A DNA stretch of 64,000 nt from Tubiluchus corallicola. Taxonomy: Eukaryota > Animalia > Priapulida. This document shows, one piece after another, positions 13,793-28,700 of this stretch. The DNA lies in the NCBI GenBank assembly GCA_030141605.1, contig JAQGDQ010000323.1, forward strand, positions 1 to 64,000. The letters are read 5' to 3'. The notes under the pieces were generated by a model that was given only the letters and a program-made list of their open reading frames with translations, was not told the origin of the DNA and did not search any database. Position numbers and translations under genes: made by a program. Positions within the stretch are counted from its first letter, which is position 1, and every line of letters begins with the position of its first letter.

Positions 13793-16700
13793 TACTGATT
13801 TCTATATTGTACAAGAGAAAGTTGATGTTTATACACATATTACATGTGTTACTACTCATTAAAGACTATTTGTACCTGATATGATACTGTTCGCTTGGCC
13901 GTAGCTTTACGCTTGTCCTTGTTCTGACCCGGCAGACCAAAACAGCCTTTCTGAATAATCATACGGGCATTTCCCATAGCCGGACGTGACCTTCCGGGTG
14001 CGGAAAGCTGGCTGAGATGAGCCGCATAACCATCGCTTAGAATCTGAAAGAGTTAAGCAATGCGACATATAAACTTCACACAAGCAATATTGCAAGTTTG
14101 CAAAGATGGTGAACACAACTGTATCGTTTATTTAGAAAACATGAAACCTGCTCACGAAGATTTAGATAAAGAAAAGAAAATAGGAAAAGCAGGGAGTTGA
14201 ACCATAAAACTTTAGATTTCAAATTTGATGCCAAGACCACTATACCACACAGTCCCCTATGTGCACGGCATGCATTATTTCAGTCGTAATAGCTCACTAC
14301 GATACACAATTTCATAATTAAACGTCCAGTCCGGCAGTTATCCATAAGATATCCAAAGACAGCCACCAAGATAATAACATATCCATGCATACCAGATTCT
14401 GTAGCTAAAAGTTTTCGGACGCTAACAGTTAACTAAGCTTACCGTAGCTTGTTGGTAATGTTTCTTTGAAACTTTTCCAACTGCAAATATTTGCTCCTGT
14501 CGTAAGCCGATGCCCTGGTAGACTTGTATGTCTTTACTAGATCCGTACGCCGCGTGGATCACAACATCATTCTGTAAGACAGCATGGAGATAATGACAAA
14601 CCTACTGGACTTGCTTGCAGCAATAACAAAACTGTGTCGCCACTTTAGCAATCAAAGGCTACACAACCTTAGCACTTTGCCCTCTGTAAGGGATGCTAAA
14701 CAATACAAATTTGGCAATACCATAATAATACGACATGTTACTTTTTTTTTCTACGATAGTTTTCAGGTGATAATAAATATATAATAAATTATTTTTGAAT
14801 GATAAAAACGATTGCCGTTTTGTCGTTATATACTGGTTTATTTTAAACTGACATAAGTAATAGGTGATAACTTTCTCAGATGATAACTAAAATATAAAAT
14901 GAAGATTTTCTTCACAGAAGTACGGGGCCATCCACATATAACTTTATCATGTTTTCGGCATCGGCAGTAGAGTCACCTGCTGGTGTCACGCAGGTGTGAA
15001 AAAAGCAGGAAGTTGAAAAAAGTGAAGTCAGATATCAATATCATGACTAAATCACCTACATACCAGGCGTTATCATGTCTCCTACCGTCTACCTGCTCTA
15101 AACTTGATATCATTATATGTGGGTGGCCCTTACCTCTAAAAGCATTTTTAAAATATTAAAATTGGGTTAAGATAATTTACAAACATGGAAGGGATTTAAA
15201 CAAATTTTAAAAACAGCTGTATTTTCTAAACCAGCTTAATCCAATTTTAATATTTCAAAAATTCATGCCTTTAGAGATAAAAGCTGAGGTAACACACTTT
15301 ATACTTTTAAATGGTTTAAGCTGGGGTAACATACTTTATACTTTTAAATGGTTTAAGCTGGGGTAACATACTTTACACTTTTAAATGGTTTAACCTGGGG
15401 TAACATACTTTATACTTTTAAATGGTTTAAGCTGGGGTAACATACTTTATACTTTTAAATGGTTTAAGCCTGGGGTAACATACTTTATACTTTTAAATGG
15501 TTTAAGCTGGGGTAACATACTTTATACTTTTAAATGGTTTAAGCTGGGGTAACATACTTTATACTTTTAAATGGTTTAACCTGGGGTAACATACTTTATA
15601 CTTTTAAATGGTTTAAGCTGGGGTAACATACTTTATACTTTTAAATGGTTTAAGCTGGGGTAACATACTTTATACTTTTAAATGGTTTAAGCTGGGGTAA
15701 CATACTTTATACTTTTAAATGGTTTAAGCTGGGGTAACATAGTTTATACTTTTAAATGGTTTAAGCTGGGGTAACATACTTTATACTTTTAAATGGTTTA
15801 AGCTGGGGTAACATACTTTATACTTTTAAATGGTTTAAGCTGAGGTAACACACTTTATACTTTTAAATGGTTTAAGCTGGAGTAAAATACTTTATACTTT
15901 TAAATGGTTTAAGCTGGGGTAACATACTTTATACTTTTAAATGGTTTAAGCTGGGGTAACATACTTTACACTTTTAAATGGTTTAAGTTGGGGTAACATA
16001 CTTTATACTTTTAAATGGTTTAAGCTGGGGTAACATACTTTATACTTTTAAATGGTTTAAGCTGGGGTAACATACTTTATACTTTTAAATGGTTTAAGCT
16101 GGGGTAACATACTTTACACTTTAAATGGTTTAAGCCTGGGATAACATACTTTATACTTTTAAATGGTTTAAGCTGGGGTAACATACTTTATACTTTTAAA
16201 TGGTTTAAGCTGGGGTAACATACTTTATACTTTTAAATGGTTTAAGCCTGGAGTAACATACTTTATACTTTTAAATTGTTTAAGCCTGGGGTAACATACT
16301 TTATACTTTTAAATGGTTTAAGCCTGGAGTAACATACTTTACACTTTTAAATTGTTTAACCTGGGGTAACATACTTTATACTTTTAAATGGTTTAAGCTG
16401 GGGTAACATACTTTATACTTTTAAATGGTTTAAGCTGGGGTAACATACTTTATACTTTTAAATGGTTTAAGCTGGGGTAACATACTTTATACTTTTAAAT
16501 GGTTTAACCTGGGGTAACATACTTTACACTTTTAAATGGTTTAAGCCTGGGGTAACATACTTTATACTTTTAAATGGTTTAAGCCTGGGGTAACATACTT
16601 TACACTTTTAAATGGTTTAAGCTGGGGTAACATACTTTACACTTTTAAATGGTTTAAGCTGGGGTAACATACTTTATACTTTTAAATGGTTTAAGCTGGG

Positions 16701-19700
16701 GTAACATACTTTACACTTTAAATGGTTTAAGCTGGGGTAACATACTTTATACTTTTAAATGGTTTAAGCTGGGGTAACATACTTTATACTTTTAAATGGT
16801 TTAAGCTGGGGTAACATACTTTATACTTTTAAATGGTTTAAGCTGGGGTAACATACTTTATACTTTTAAATGGTTTAAGCTGGGGTAACATACTTTACAC
16901 TTTAAATGGTTTAAGCCTGGGATAACATACTTTATACTTTTAAATGGTTTAAGCTGGGGTAACATACTTTATACTTTTAAATGGTTTAAGCTGGGGTAAC
17001 ATAGTTTATACTTTTAAATGGTTTAAGCTGGGGTAACATACTTTATACTTTTAAATGGTAAGTCTCCCAGCTATATAAATGTGGATGAAACTCAAAAGTA
17101 GCTTTCTGAGCGACCATGCATCTACACAAAAAAATGACAAGAATAAAAACGGCTTGAACTGAGTAAGTTAAGCAAACCTCGTGCATCATGGAGCGTAGAT
17201 AGTTGGTTTTGTGTCGCAGCGGATCGTACGACAAGCCATCACAGAACGATACCATGCCGTGCGGAAAGTTATGCTGTGCGAGCCAGGACACGACTCGCTG
17301 CTGCTGCATGTCCGGACGCCCCGTAATGTAGAGGATAAGAAAGCCCAGTTCTTGCCAGTGTCTGACGACGTCTACGGCACCGGCTCTGACCTGGAATGTC
17401 AAAATCGTAATTTCAAATGGAACAATGATAAGTCTAATAAGTTTCCATGAAAAGGAAGCCAAATCATTTCTGTTGCAGGTAGGCACATGGATATAACTTA
17501 TATTCCTATATTCAGCCATTAACAAAAGTTTTGTTAACTGATTTTTTTTAGTACGCAACACGAACTCCAAACAGGCAAAAATACACCCATCCTTAAAATC
17601 AGGCAAAATAGCAAATCCGAATCAACAACTGTTAGAATACTAGGAAATGCTGCTTAGAACAGAATAGACCCCAGAAGGTGGTGCAGAGACAGTATTAGCC
17701 ATACTACTAATCATAATCTGGAGTTCATGTGGTTATTTTTTCATAAGATATTTTGTTATTGCTATGTACAGTAAGTCCTCGCATAATGACTCTAACGCGT
17801 TCCAGCAAAACGCGACGTTAAGCGAAACGTAGTTAAACAAAAACCAAGACTTCCACAGAAGGTAATGTAAAAGAATCGATACATCCAATCGATACATCCA
17901 AAATCAATTTAATCACATAAATTAAATGTTTTACGAGTTTTATTCAAATTTCTACTGATTAATTTCTTTCCATTTGCTTGAAACCACCTACATATTTCAC
18001 TTACCTAGCTACCTATAGTGGTTTCTTTTTCATTAACATTTAAGTCTAGGCAGTGGTTAAACAATAGAGACTGCAGAGTCAAAGCAAAACCCTGGGGCGA
18101 CCTTAGGAATCTTACTTAGATACTTAGTTCAGTTGCTATAGCAAAAGGTTGCAAATCACACAATGTTTGCTACACATAAAGTAATTGATACTTTACTACA
18201 ATAATTGCTTTGTTGTTGCTACTAGTGCATTTCTAGAATAGAGTAACGCATTACGTACTGTTTTAATGAATCAAATAAGGCAAAAATGTTGTGGCTAAAA
18301 TAAAAATTGGCTTTGAGCAATGAAAAAAATGCCGTTAAAACGAAGTGGTGCATCGTTAGGTGAAAAAAGTGTCAAATGTGTTCATCGTTGTTCAAACAAA
18401 ATGTTGGTGATTGGTGAGTCGTTAAGCGAGGACTTACTGTATATCATAATTTATAATTCTATTAACCTAATTGTGCACACAAATTGAACTTTATATGCAA
18501 ATAAACATAGCAAACGAACACAGAAGAAGCAATTTGATCATGAAGAAAGAAGCATCTTCTAGAAAAAGAGTTTTCTAATGCAGAAAGCTTGCAAATTATC
18601 ATTCCAACTATGATTTAAATGTATGCTTATACTTTAAAATTTGTGATTGTTAATTAATAAACTAATTTGACTGGTCTGCTGCGCATTCGCGAGGATATTA
18701 CTGCAATATGGCACACCTTATTGGCTTTATTGCGTGCAATTTTTGACTTTGGGATTTTATCTGATGGAAAAAATTATTTTATGTCTGTGGGCAATAGTGT
18801 GAACATGATATGTGAAAATGATGCTTAGCTTGATTCACATGTGATGAACAATATCGTAAAAAGAAACTGAAAAGTTTAAAGTTTTAAATGAACTTGGCTA
18901 TACCCCTATACACAATGTTAATTTCCTTTGTGTAAACCAGCTGAATAATACAAACCCTACCTTTGGGTCTTTTCCCATTATTGAAACACTCGCCGTGAAG
19001 GATCCATCAATACTGAAAACGACCATCTCCGTCTTGGGAGGCAGTACGGCAAGATAAAAATCTACACTAGTGTGATCACCCCTTTAGAAACAAGTAGTCG
19101 ACATCAGACACATTATAACAATGAAGAATACAATGTACTGCAAAAGCCAATCACAATTTTGAGGTTTATGAAGTGGTAAAAAACTTGTATCTTAAAAAGT
19201 CTTATACATGTTTGACGAAAGACTTAAGCCTAATAGGCGTTTTCACATTCCAGCGATTGATGATGATCGTGAAAAGGTCAAAAGTTAAGTGTACCAGACA
19301 ATGTAATTGTATACACTTGACAATGCCTCTCAACCTATGCTATTGTAATAGTGACAGTTTTAACAGCTAGCTAGAACCTTACCTAGTTCATTTTTTTCTT
19401 GTTCCCAAGCAAGATCCTGCTAGTAAATTACTGTATGCATAGACTAATGCATAATTACGTAAAGTCCACGTAAAATGACTGGTTACTGAACTGATGCAGC
19501 ACACGGCTTTTGTTTTACTTACACGTCACGTGACGTTGTAGTTAAGATACGTTGTTGTGGTACACTGAACCTTTGAGCTGCAAACACCGTGCCTGCGTAC
19601 AGCGACACTGTGAAAAGGCTTATAATGAAGAACTGTTACAAAATCACATGTTAAACCAAGTCAGTTAATAACGCATGACTTTACATTGTGAAAGATTAAA

Positions 19701-22700
19701 AGTAAGTTTTTCTGGTGAGTCAGTGGTGCATACTGGGAAGGTTAGTTAATGACATTTCACCAGGTGGTGCAAACATTTTCAATTGCCAAGAATTTTCTTT
19801 TTTACTTACATAAATCCTTCAAGAAAGTAAGAGTAATGCTAAGCAATATAACTCTGTGCAAAAAGTTTTTTTGGGTATACTTTAAAATTGTGTATTCTTC
19901 CCCTTTAAAGGACAACTTTAAAGCAGAACAGACAATAATAAGATGCCTCGTAACTGTTAGACCTCAATGTGCAGACAAACAAACTGACATGGAGAATGAA
20001 ATGCTGCCAGCTAAACTTCATCAAAAGCAACCACTCCCTCAATCAGGCAACTGTTGGGATCAAGCACACATGTTGGACAAAATAGCAAGTCTTCAAGTCT
20101 TCTCATACAAACAAACATGCTCCAGTGAAAGCTTATTGAATTACAATTTCTAGCAAGTATCTTTATGTGACAAAAAACATGGCGATAAAAATAAAGCAAA
20201 GTTTTACCTCACGACGCATTTAATAGGATACATTCCGTGTGCTAGTCGCTTCTCATCCGGTATCGTGTACGTCACTCGACCGTGGCTGTTCGTCACCTCC
20301 ATACCGAAGAGTTCGTACTCACCTGTGGGCGGTTGAGTCATGATATAAACATCCACCTGTTGGCAAAACAGTTGAGTCGTAAAAAGACAAAATGATTCAG
20401 CTTTGTTTCAATGACATAAAAAATGAAATCCCTCTATTACTTTTACTAGCAAAACCCGGCATTCGGAGGGTGTTCTCTCCTTACTCTCTCTTTCTCGTCT
20501 CTCTCTTCCTCTCTGCTCCTCCCTCTCTCTCTCTTATGGAAAGTCATGATCTGCTTACAAAAAGTCATGCAGTCCGCTACATATAGTTACATCATAATTT
20601 TCAAGTGAATGAAGGCTATCACAGCACCTGGAAATTTCTATATAACTGTAACATAAATGAATTTTATTCTTTGTAGATAAATTTAGTAAATTTCCTTGTT
20701 AAATTTTTCTATGTTTAAGTGACAGTAGTAAAATAAACCCAATCTGTTAAGAGATTTGTCCTTTTCGTTAAAATTAAAGCTCGATGCAAGCCCCAATAAC
20801 TTAATCCAGATCATTTCCAAACATTAAAAAGAATAGATCATATATTTTGATAACATATTAGATATGTTATTTTCTTTATAGATTATACGTCAGATAAGAC
20901 CAGTAATAACTCATTTAGGAAGAAATAGTATAAACGCGGGACCAAAACTGCAAATCTTACAACTATATCTAGTGACCAAAGGTGCAAATTAATTACAAAT
21001 TCCACAAAGAAGAGGCTCAATAAAAAAGCTAAATCTATAAAAGTATTGCCACATAGATATGCATATACCAGTTTCACAGATTTTGCTGCAATGTTATTAA
21101 CTACTTGAGACTGCTTAGTAATTGTTCTCGTACCTTTTCACCAGTGAGAGACACCATGTCTAAAGGACCGTACATGAATCTAGCTGTTATAATCTGTGGA
21201 CCTTCCTCTTTCGTCAATACGTCATTGGCTCTGTGATTTGAGTGCATATTCTACGTGAAAGAAGGAACATTAGTACGATGATCAGTCACAGAAACTGCAA
21301 AATGAGCAATCATTATCGTCACTTTGTCCGAATTTGCGAAGATTGAAACGCTATCATTATTTTTAAAAAATTATGAACAGTTTGAAAAGTAACCAGAACA
21401 TTAGTTGCAGACTCTTCACTAAACAAAAGTTTATATTATTTGATACTGTCAATGAGATCAATAATATGTTTTTTAGCTGAATCAGTGGTGCACACTGGGA
21501 TGGAGATGCAGAGAGATTTTACCAAGTGGCACAAGTATTTCAAATCATTAAGAATTTCCTTTTCCAATTACGTAAGTATTTCAAACAGGCAAGCGTAATG
21601 CTAAGGTATATAACTTTGTATGTAGAGTTCTTTGGGACATATTCCAAAATTCCCTTGTCTTCCCCTTTATAAAGAAGGGATCATACGACACTCTTTGTAT
21701 AAGTATACACCACAACTTTTTCAATTCATTCTCCAGTAACAGCCTAAATAAAATGTGATTCAAAATTAGTGGCTGGAGCTATCTGAAAGACCAACATTAG
21801 TTGTAAGACCCAGCCATTTTAAATTGTCCTAACAATGAACTGGTCCTTGTAGCTGCGCATTTACAGCTTTGTTCATGTTTTGTACAAAGGTTTCTCTTAT
21901 TACCATCCACATGCATTAATCACAGAACGAATTGTGTTGGAATAACATAATTTTATTTTTTCTGTCATTTCGCTTTATATCACATGATTTGTGCTGAGTA
22001 TTTGTCTTATTTGCTTCTCATAATGTTGATTTTAGTAATTTTTACTTAAGTGGATTGATGTGTGAACATGACCATAACTAGTTGAAACCTTGCTGATGTT
22101 TGTGTCTGAATAAAAACTATGTCTTTGCTTAAGTGGAAGCAGGCTGTTATTTTCATTTTAAGAATTTGTTTTCCACGTTACCAATCAAAGCAATGAATTA
22201 TTCTTTTTCATCCGATTCTTGACAGTCAAAGAATGCAACACATTTCAGGACAAAAGTACAAATTCCATGTCTTTGAACAATTGCGCCATCTGCTGCATAG
22301 AAGAAAACCCAGATAATAATTAAGCATTTAGGCTTACTTTAATTTTGACTGTAGTTCGACGTTTGAGCCACTTCTCTCTAGGCTGAGCTGGAGCAAAACC
22401 AGAGCCATCTTTTGACTCGTTCAGAAGGTGAGAGTTGTCGGAACCAAAGACCTGTAACAATATGCCAAAGACTTGATAAAAGAACTCACGTAAAGTATAT
22501 ACCACAGCAACGCGTTTTAACTACAACCGTGACGTGACATGTGGGTAAAGCAAAGCCGACAGTGCATCAGTTCAGTAACTTTTCAGTTGTTTACATGGAC
22601 TTTACTTAACTATGCATTAGTCTGTGTGGAGATTGATTTACCAGCAGGATCTTGCTTAGGAACAAGAAAAAATTAACTAGGTAAGGTTCTAGCCAGCTGT

Positions 22701-25700
22701 TAAAACTGTTACTATTACAATATCATGAACTGCGAGGCGTTGTCAAGTGTACACACTTAACCTTTGACCTTTTCACAATCATCATCAATCACTGGAACTG
22801 CAAAAAGGATTAATGTACAACTTAAAATTATTTTATTTCACCAAGTATACTTCTCTATAACCGGTGCATAAAAAAAGTTACTTAGGATGTAAATCTAGTT
22901 TTACGTTATCAAAACGAAGTGGGCTACTGCAGAATTACTGGTCCTGCCTTCCTATCTGTATTTCTGTCTGTCGCCACTTTCTGACCTGACGACTTGATGA
23001 CCACTATCGACACAATGATTCACTGACCACAGCTACCATTGATTACTCACCTGCCTCAGTATAAATGACACAACATCGCAGGACTCCCAGTAACTAGCAT
23101 GAAAGAGGTGTGGTAGCGCGTTGGTGGGAAAACTAGACAATCCTTCCGGGCAATAGATGGCGTAGTCCATCCTCTTCACCCCCCACCATTTACTTGTTAC
23201 TAGAAAAGTAATTGACTATTACAACAGGTCTCCATGAAACACTACAGGATATACTAGAAAAAATTCTGCAACAATAGACAGAGTCAGTTTTTCAATTAAA
23301 TTCAACATGGTGGTATTGATATCATTTCCACATTCTTGAGAGTAGCGAGTCCCTTGACCAACAGTTGACGTCGACCTTGTTTGTGACAGGATCATCATAA
23401 AGTGAAAGAAAGAGCAGCAATTAGACATTTGTAGTAGTTCAGTCACGCGGGATTTCAACAAGATAGTAAGTCAATTTTGTCTGCTGTAGTGAACAATCAT
23501 GAAATAACATTCAAACGAAGCCTAGAATGATCAGAAAATATGATCTAGAAAAAAGTTTAACACAATTTGAAACAGACTTTTTTGATGTACATTAGCAATG
23601 TTAGAATAGAATGGAATGGAATAGAATAGAATAGAATAGAACAGAAATGTATTTTTTACTTGGATACACAATTTAACACAATTTGAAACAGACTTTTTTG
23701 ACGTACATTAGCAATGTTAGAATAGAATGGAAAGGAATGGAATAGAATAGAATGAAATGGAATAGAATAGAATACAACAAAAATGTATTTTTGACGTGGA
23801 TACACAATTTAACACAATTTGAAACAGACTTTTTCAATGTATATTAGCAATGTTAGAATAGAATGGAATGGAATGGAATAGAATAGAATGGAACGGAATG
23901 GAACAGAACAGAATAAAACACAACAGAAATGTATTTTTTACTTGGATACACAATTTAGCACAATCTGAAACAGACTTTTTTGATTTACTTTAGCAATGTT
24001 AGAATTGAATAGAGTAGAAATTTATTTTTTACTAGGATATGCAAAAACATAACATTATTTCCACTATGGTCGAAATGTGGATGGTAATTACTAAAAATAA
24101 GAAATACTATTATTAAAAATGAGAAGTTAAGAAGAGCATTATAAAATAAGCACAACATTTTGCAATACATCTATAGTAAAATTAAGACAGTAATAAAATT
24201 TAAGTACAAGAAAAGGCTAAAAAGTTATGGTTAAAGATTTAACATGAATGCGCCAAAGATGCATGTTTGCAGTCGGACAGAAAACAACCAAACTCGGCTA
24301 GTCTATTGAAGAGCCTTGGAAACTTTTGTAAGGGTCAGACGCACAACACAAGGTATGGGGCAATAGTTTAAAACTTGCTGCTGATTTTCTAGAAAATAGT
24401 TTCAACTTTATTTAATACAGGTTAACAATTATTTAAGCCTGAAACAAATAATCATAGATTTTTAAACATGCTGCTCCCATTCAGGAACTTAACACAATTT
24501 AAACTGAAGCAATAAAAGCATTTTCAACAAACGTGTCAGTCAATTAAGAATAATAAAATGTGTGCAATTATGCAAAACTCACTTTCCGAAAGCGTGGACA
24601 ATGTGGCACTGTCCGTGACACCGGACAGCTGACTGCTAATACTGCTAGAACTGCTACGTCGGGGACCTAGCAAGGGCGTGGTCGGATTGTTGTCCCCGCT
24701 GATAAACAACGGTGCGTGCCTGTGTATGTACTCGACTGCAAGAAATGAAGTGTATTGTAAGAATATTGCTCAATATTTTCGTTTCACACACACACAGTAC
24801 AGCATAATAGTTTTAAGCAATTTTCAATATTGTCTCAGATGCTCAATAATATTATGCAATAATCAGTACTGACGTCAATTCAACAGTTAATTCAATTCAA
24901 TATTCAGTATTGGGCAACACAGTTAACGAAATCTATTGCGTGTGATGCACCTGACACAAAAACAGTCATATCTTGGTTTGCCGGACAAAAGCAGGGAGGC
25001 ATCAGTCCGAAGTTGCCCATTAAACTCACGGTAATGTAGAATCAATCACCTAATTGTCTTAAAAACGACTAGTACGGGTCGCTCCTACGCAAAAGTATAT
25101 GACAACTGTCGGCAATAGACTCAAATAATTCCGCATAATTGACTTTAAACTACTTACACACGCTGACTAAACCATTTAAACATGTTGACATACAACTTAC
25201 ACAGATGTCGTTACGCGCTGCTTGGTTACACTGATGTAATGATATAAACAAAGTGATGGCCTACCAACTAGCATTCAGCTCGCGAAACAACGGACTCTTT
25301 TTGTAGTACGCGAGACTTTTAACTGTCCAGATTTTGTCTGGTTCTTCCGATATCCGTAAAAGCGAGGTTCGGCAAACCGAGATATGAGTGTAATCAACTG
25401 TACTCACCTAGATAAACACTTTGACCGTCACCTAGTGGATATTTCTGGTAACGAGCTATATTGAGAGGTGGTATGAGGGAGAACTTGCAACACATGAGCG
25501 GCTCAATCCTTGACGCTGACGGATCCGCCGGATGAAACAGATTGAATATTTGCTGGCAAGCTGGTTTCGGTGGCGCCACTAAATAACAGATCAAGAAAAG
25601 TTGAAAAGACACTCGTTGCAGTGTATTAGTTAAAATGAGGCAGATTGTACAATATACATTTGTTCGCAGTTCTATTAGAGAATAACCTTCTCTGTCACTT

Positions 25701-28700
25701 TTTTTGTCAAGTAAGCGATAATGTGAAATTACTTGTTATAATGTTAATGTCAAGTTTATTATTAATGATGTTACAAAACCACAAGTGATTAAATTTTGAT
25801 ACTAAGACAGGAAAGTGAAAAAGTTGGAATGGAATTAATGAATTAGCCACGGAAATCTCAAAGTTCAAAATTAATTAACACTTAGCAGCTAAGCATTACA
25901 ATTTTACAATTTCTCCAAGTAAAAAGTGTTTAACTAAGTTTTTAAGTGTTTGTATTTTTTTTTGGAAATGTGCTAAATATGCAAAATTTATACCATTTTG
26001 TAGATCATTTCCAGTCCTACAAATCAAACCACAATTTTGTTTATATACTCGCCTCTACGGTAGTCTAAATTAAAGGCAAAAATTCAAATTTTTGACAACT
26101 GGTCCCAGGCTTGAGGTTTCGGTTAATTTCTGTGATGCAGTGATACAACTAATATAGTACTTATTTCCAAAAAAATAAAAAAATAAAAAACAGTAAATGG
26201 AATTTGGCCACCAGCTACACTTTTCTACAGTAAAAGAGAAATCACTTTTTTGAGCATATTGCAAATTGGAAAAAAATTATGCTTTCTGCTTATAAACTTG
26301 CTACACAGAAAATCCATTCACTTAACTTGTCTGTTTGGTGATTAGACAAGCTCTGTCAGGGTATTTTACATTCTACAGGTTTTTCCAGTCATTTCTCTGC
26401 ATTTGCTTATTCAAGATGTACTGCATACGCCATCTGCATATGCTTTTGAGTGTGAAAAAATAAATTAATTAGAATCGTCCTAGTGTGAGCGATTGTAACA
26501 CTGGAAATTTTGAAATTCAATTGGCCAGCTATAAGGAATAAATTTTGGACTGCCTTGACCACTAGTAGACACGGTGGCTGAGTGGTTAAAGCATCTGCAA
26601 TGTAAACAGAAGGTCTCCGGTTCAAATCCAAGGTGCTTCTCAATTTTTTCACATTTGCCGTCTTTCAAGCTTGGAAACAAAATTTAATCAATCGTGGGAT
26701 TGTAACATCTTTATACCATCAAATGTGTTTTGCTCGTCACATTTTAGGAACAAAGCAGAAGTGAATTGAATGTTAGAATGATTTAGTTGCCAGTTTACCG
26801 GTTTTGTCTTCGCCAGCGAGAATCTTCCGATATGCCAACACCTGAGCGAGTGGACTGCCGAAAGAGAAGAAGTCCGAAACCTCAAAATCAAACCTGAAAC
26901 ATCCAATTGACAAACTTAGTACCAAAAAGGAAGATAGAAATAAAGAAAAAATAATGCGTTTCTTTCCAGTCCAAAAAGGACAAGAAAGCCTTTACTTACA
27001 AAAAGCTCAAAAAAATTTGTCGGAATCACTTACTTGTCTTATTGCGCACAGAGCTTATATTAGCAGGAAGACTGTATAAAACTTGTAAATTCAAACTCAG
27101 GGTTGACCACTAGATGCAGCCATTTTGACGGTGGGTTATTTGAAGCAAGTTTAGATGGGACTGAGTAAAGTTTGTAATGACAATCAGAGCATTCGCAGTA
27201 CATTCTTCACTAACTAAGCAAAAGTTTAAATTCCTTCGTATTGCCAATAAGATCAATAGTGTGTTCTTTGGTGAACCAGTGGTGCATGCTGGGATTGTGA
27301 AACAGTAGTGCTTTACCAAGTGAAACGAACATTTTAAATTATTAAGAACTTTCTTTTTCAATTACAAAGTCTTTCAATCAGGTAATTGTAATGCTAAATA
27401 ATTCAATCAGGTGTAATGCTAAATAATATAATTTTGTATGGAAAAATTTTTGAGATATACTTCAAAATTCCCTTTTAACGGAACAAAACGGGAAAAAAAA
27501 TCACAAATGACCAAATTGCATAACAAATTTTTAGAGTTCCGGTATGCCGCCAGCCAGGAACAGGCATGCAATGGCATGGCCTAGTTAATATAGATGGGTT
27601 GAGGCGATACTGGAAAATCCTCCAAGTGTTTTAGCCATGTTCAGTCATGTTGGGAAACAAACCCTGTCAACTCATCTAGGTGCAAAGGGCTCGTTCAGTG
27701 TGGTCAACAAAATTAATTAATCGTGAGCCTATGATGCATCTACTCTCTGAAAGGCTTTTATACATTTGATTAACTGTCCATTGTACTTATTATAAATGTA
27801 CTTGTGATTGTAATATTTCTTGTCAAATAAAAATATTGTTTAAACTAAGTGCAATGTGTAACACAATAAATTACGCTGTCGTGGTCCCTTGCAATAGCTA
27901 CTAAAACTAACAGGTGCACAGCAAACCTGATATAGCAGTTGATGGATACTGAATAGTAAGTGAATGTACGCTTTGCTGATAGTTGTTTACATAATATTAA
28001 CCGCCAGTGGTTCTACAAAACAAAAATTTTAATGTTCGCCAATGTCAGGGAGCTCGCTAATTTCAGGTTGGATCTTTTCTTGTGAGATGCTCGCGTGGCG
28101 GTTGACATGAGAACAGAAATCATGTAAATCAAGCAGATCATCATCAAATATTGTTTAAACTAAGTGCGGTCGCCAAAGTTATACAACGACAGACAACATA
28201 TTTATTTTAAAAACCATTATTGATAAGCAATTGTGCATGAATAAAAAATCGTATGCATGCTTTGTGCATTTTAAGAACGTGTTTGATTCAGTGGATAGAA
28301 TGTTTACAGACAGGTTGATATCATTAAGCATAAAAGGAAGAGCAGTACGTGTGATCCGGGAAATCTACAAACTTATAAAAAGTTTTGTAAAAGCAGACTG
28401 TAGTCTTACTGATATATTTTTGGTACAAATTGGTGTTTTACAAGGTTGCACGTTACCACCTACGCTCTTCTCTCTGTATTTGAGCAATTTAGAAGATACT
28501 TTAAAAGGGGGTGACTCAGATATCATTTGAGTCATTCCCATTTAAGAAGAGCCACAGTACACTAGGAGATCATGTGGCTGTAACTTGGCCACTTTCTGCA
28601 GATAGTACACGATCAGGCTCAATTAAAGCCGAATAGGTTTAGGAAGGCAGGAAGTGGCCAGTGGTCAAAAAGTTCTGTTCGAACAAATCGAAAAGCCCAA

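Noticed and set aside
15281-17059. CRISPR-like 37-bp repeat length
   Set aside because: Units are contiguous with no unique spacers, there are no cas genes, and it lies in a spliceosomal intron.
18990-19025. LNS2 lacks the first catalytic Asp (SIDGS instead of DxDGT)
   Set aside because: Normal for RdgB/Nir proteins, so not novel.
26572-26640. Functional tRNA genes here and at 59538, 7833, 30580
   Set aside because: A and B boxes are present, but acceptor stems do not pair and copies are divergent with shared non-tRNA flanks; these are tRNA-derived repeats.
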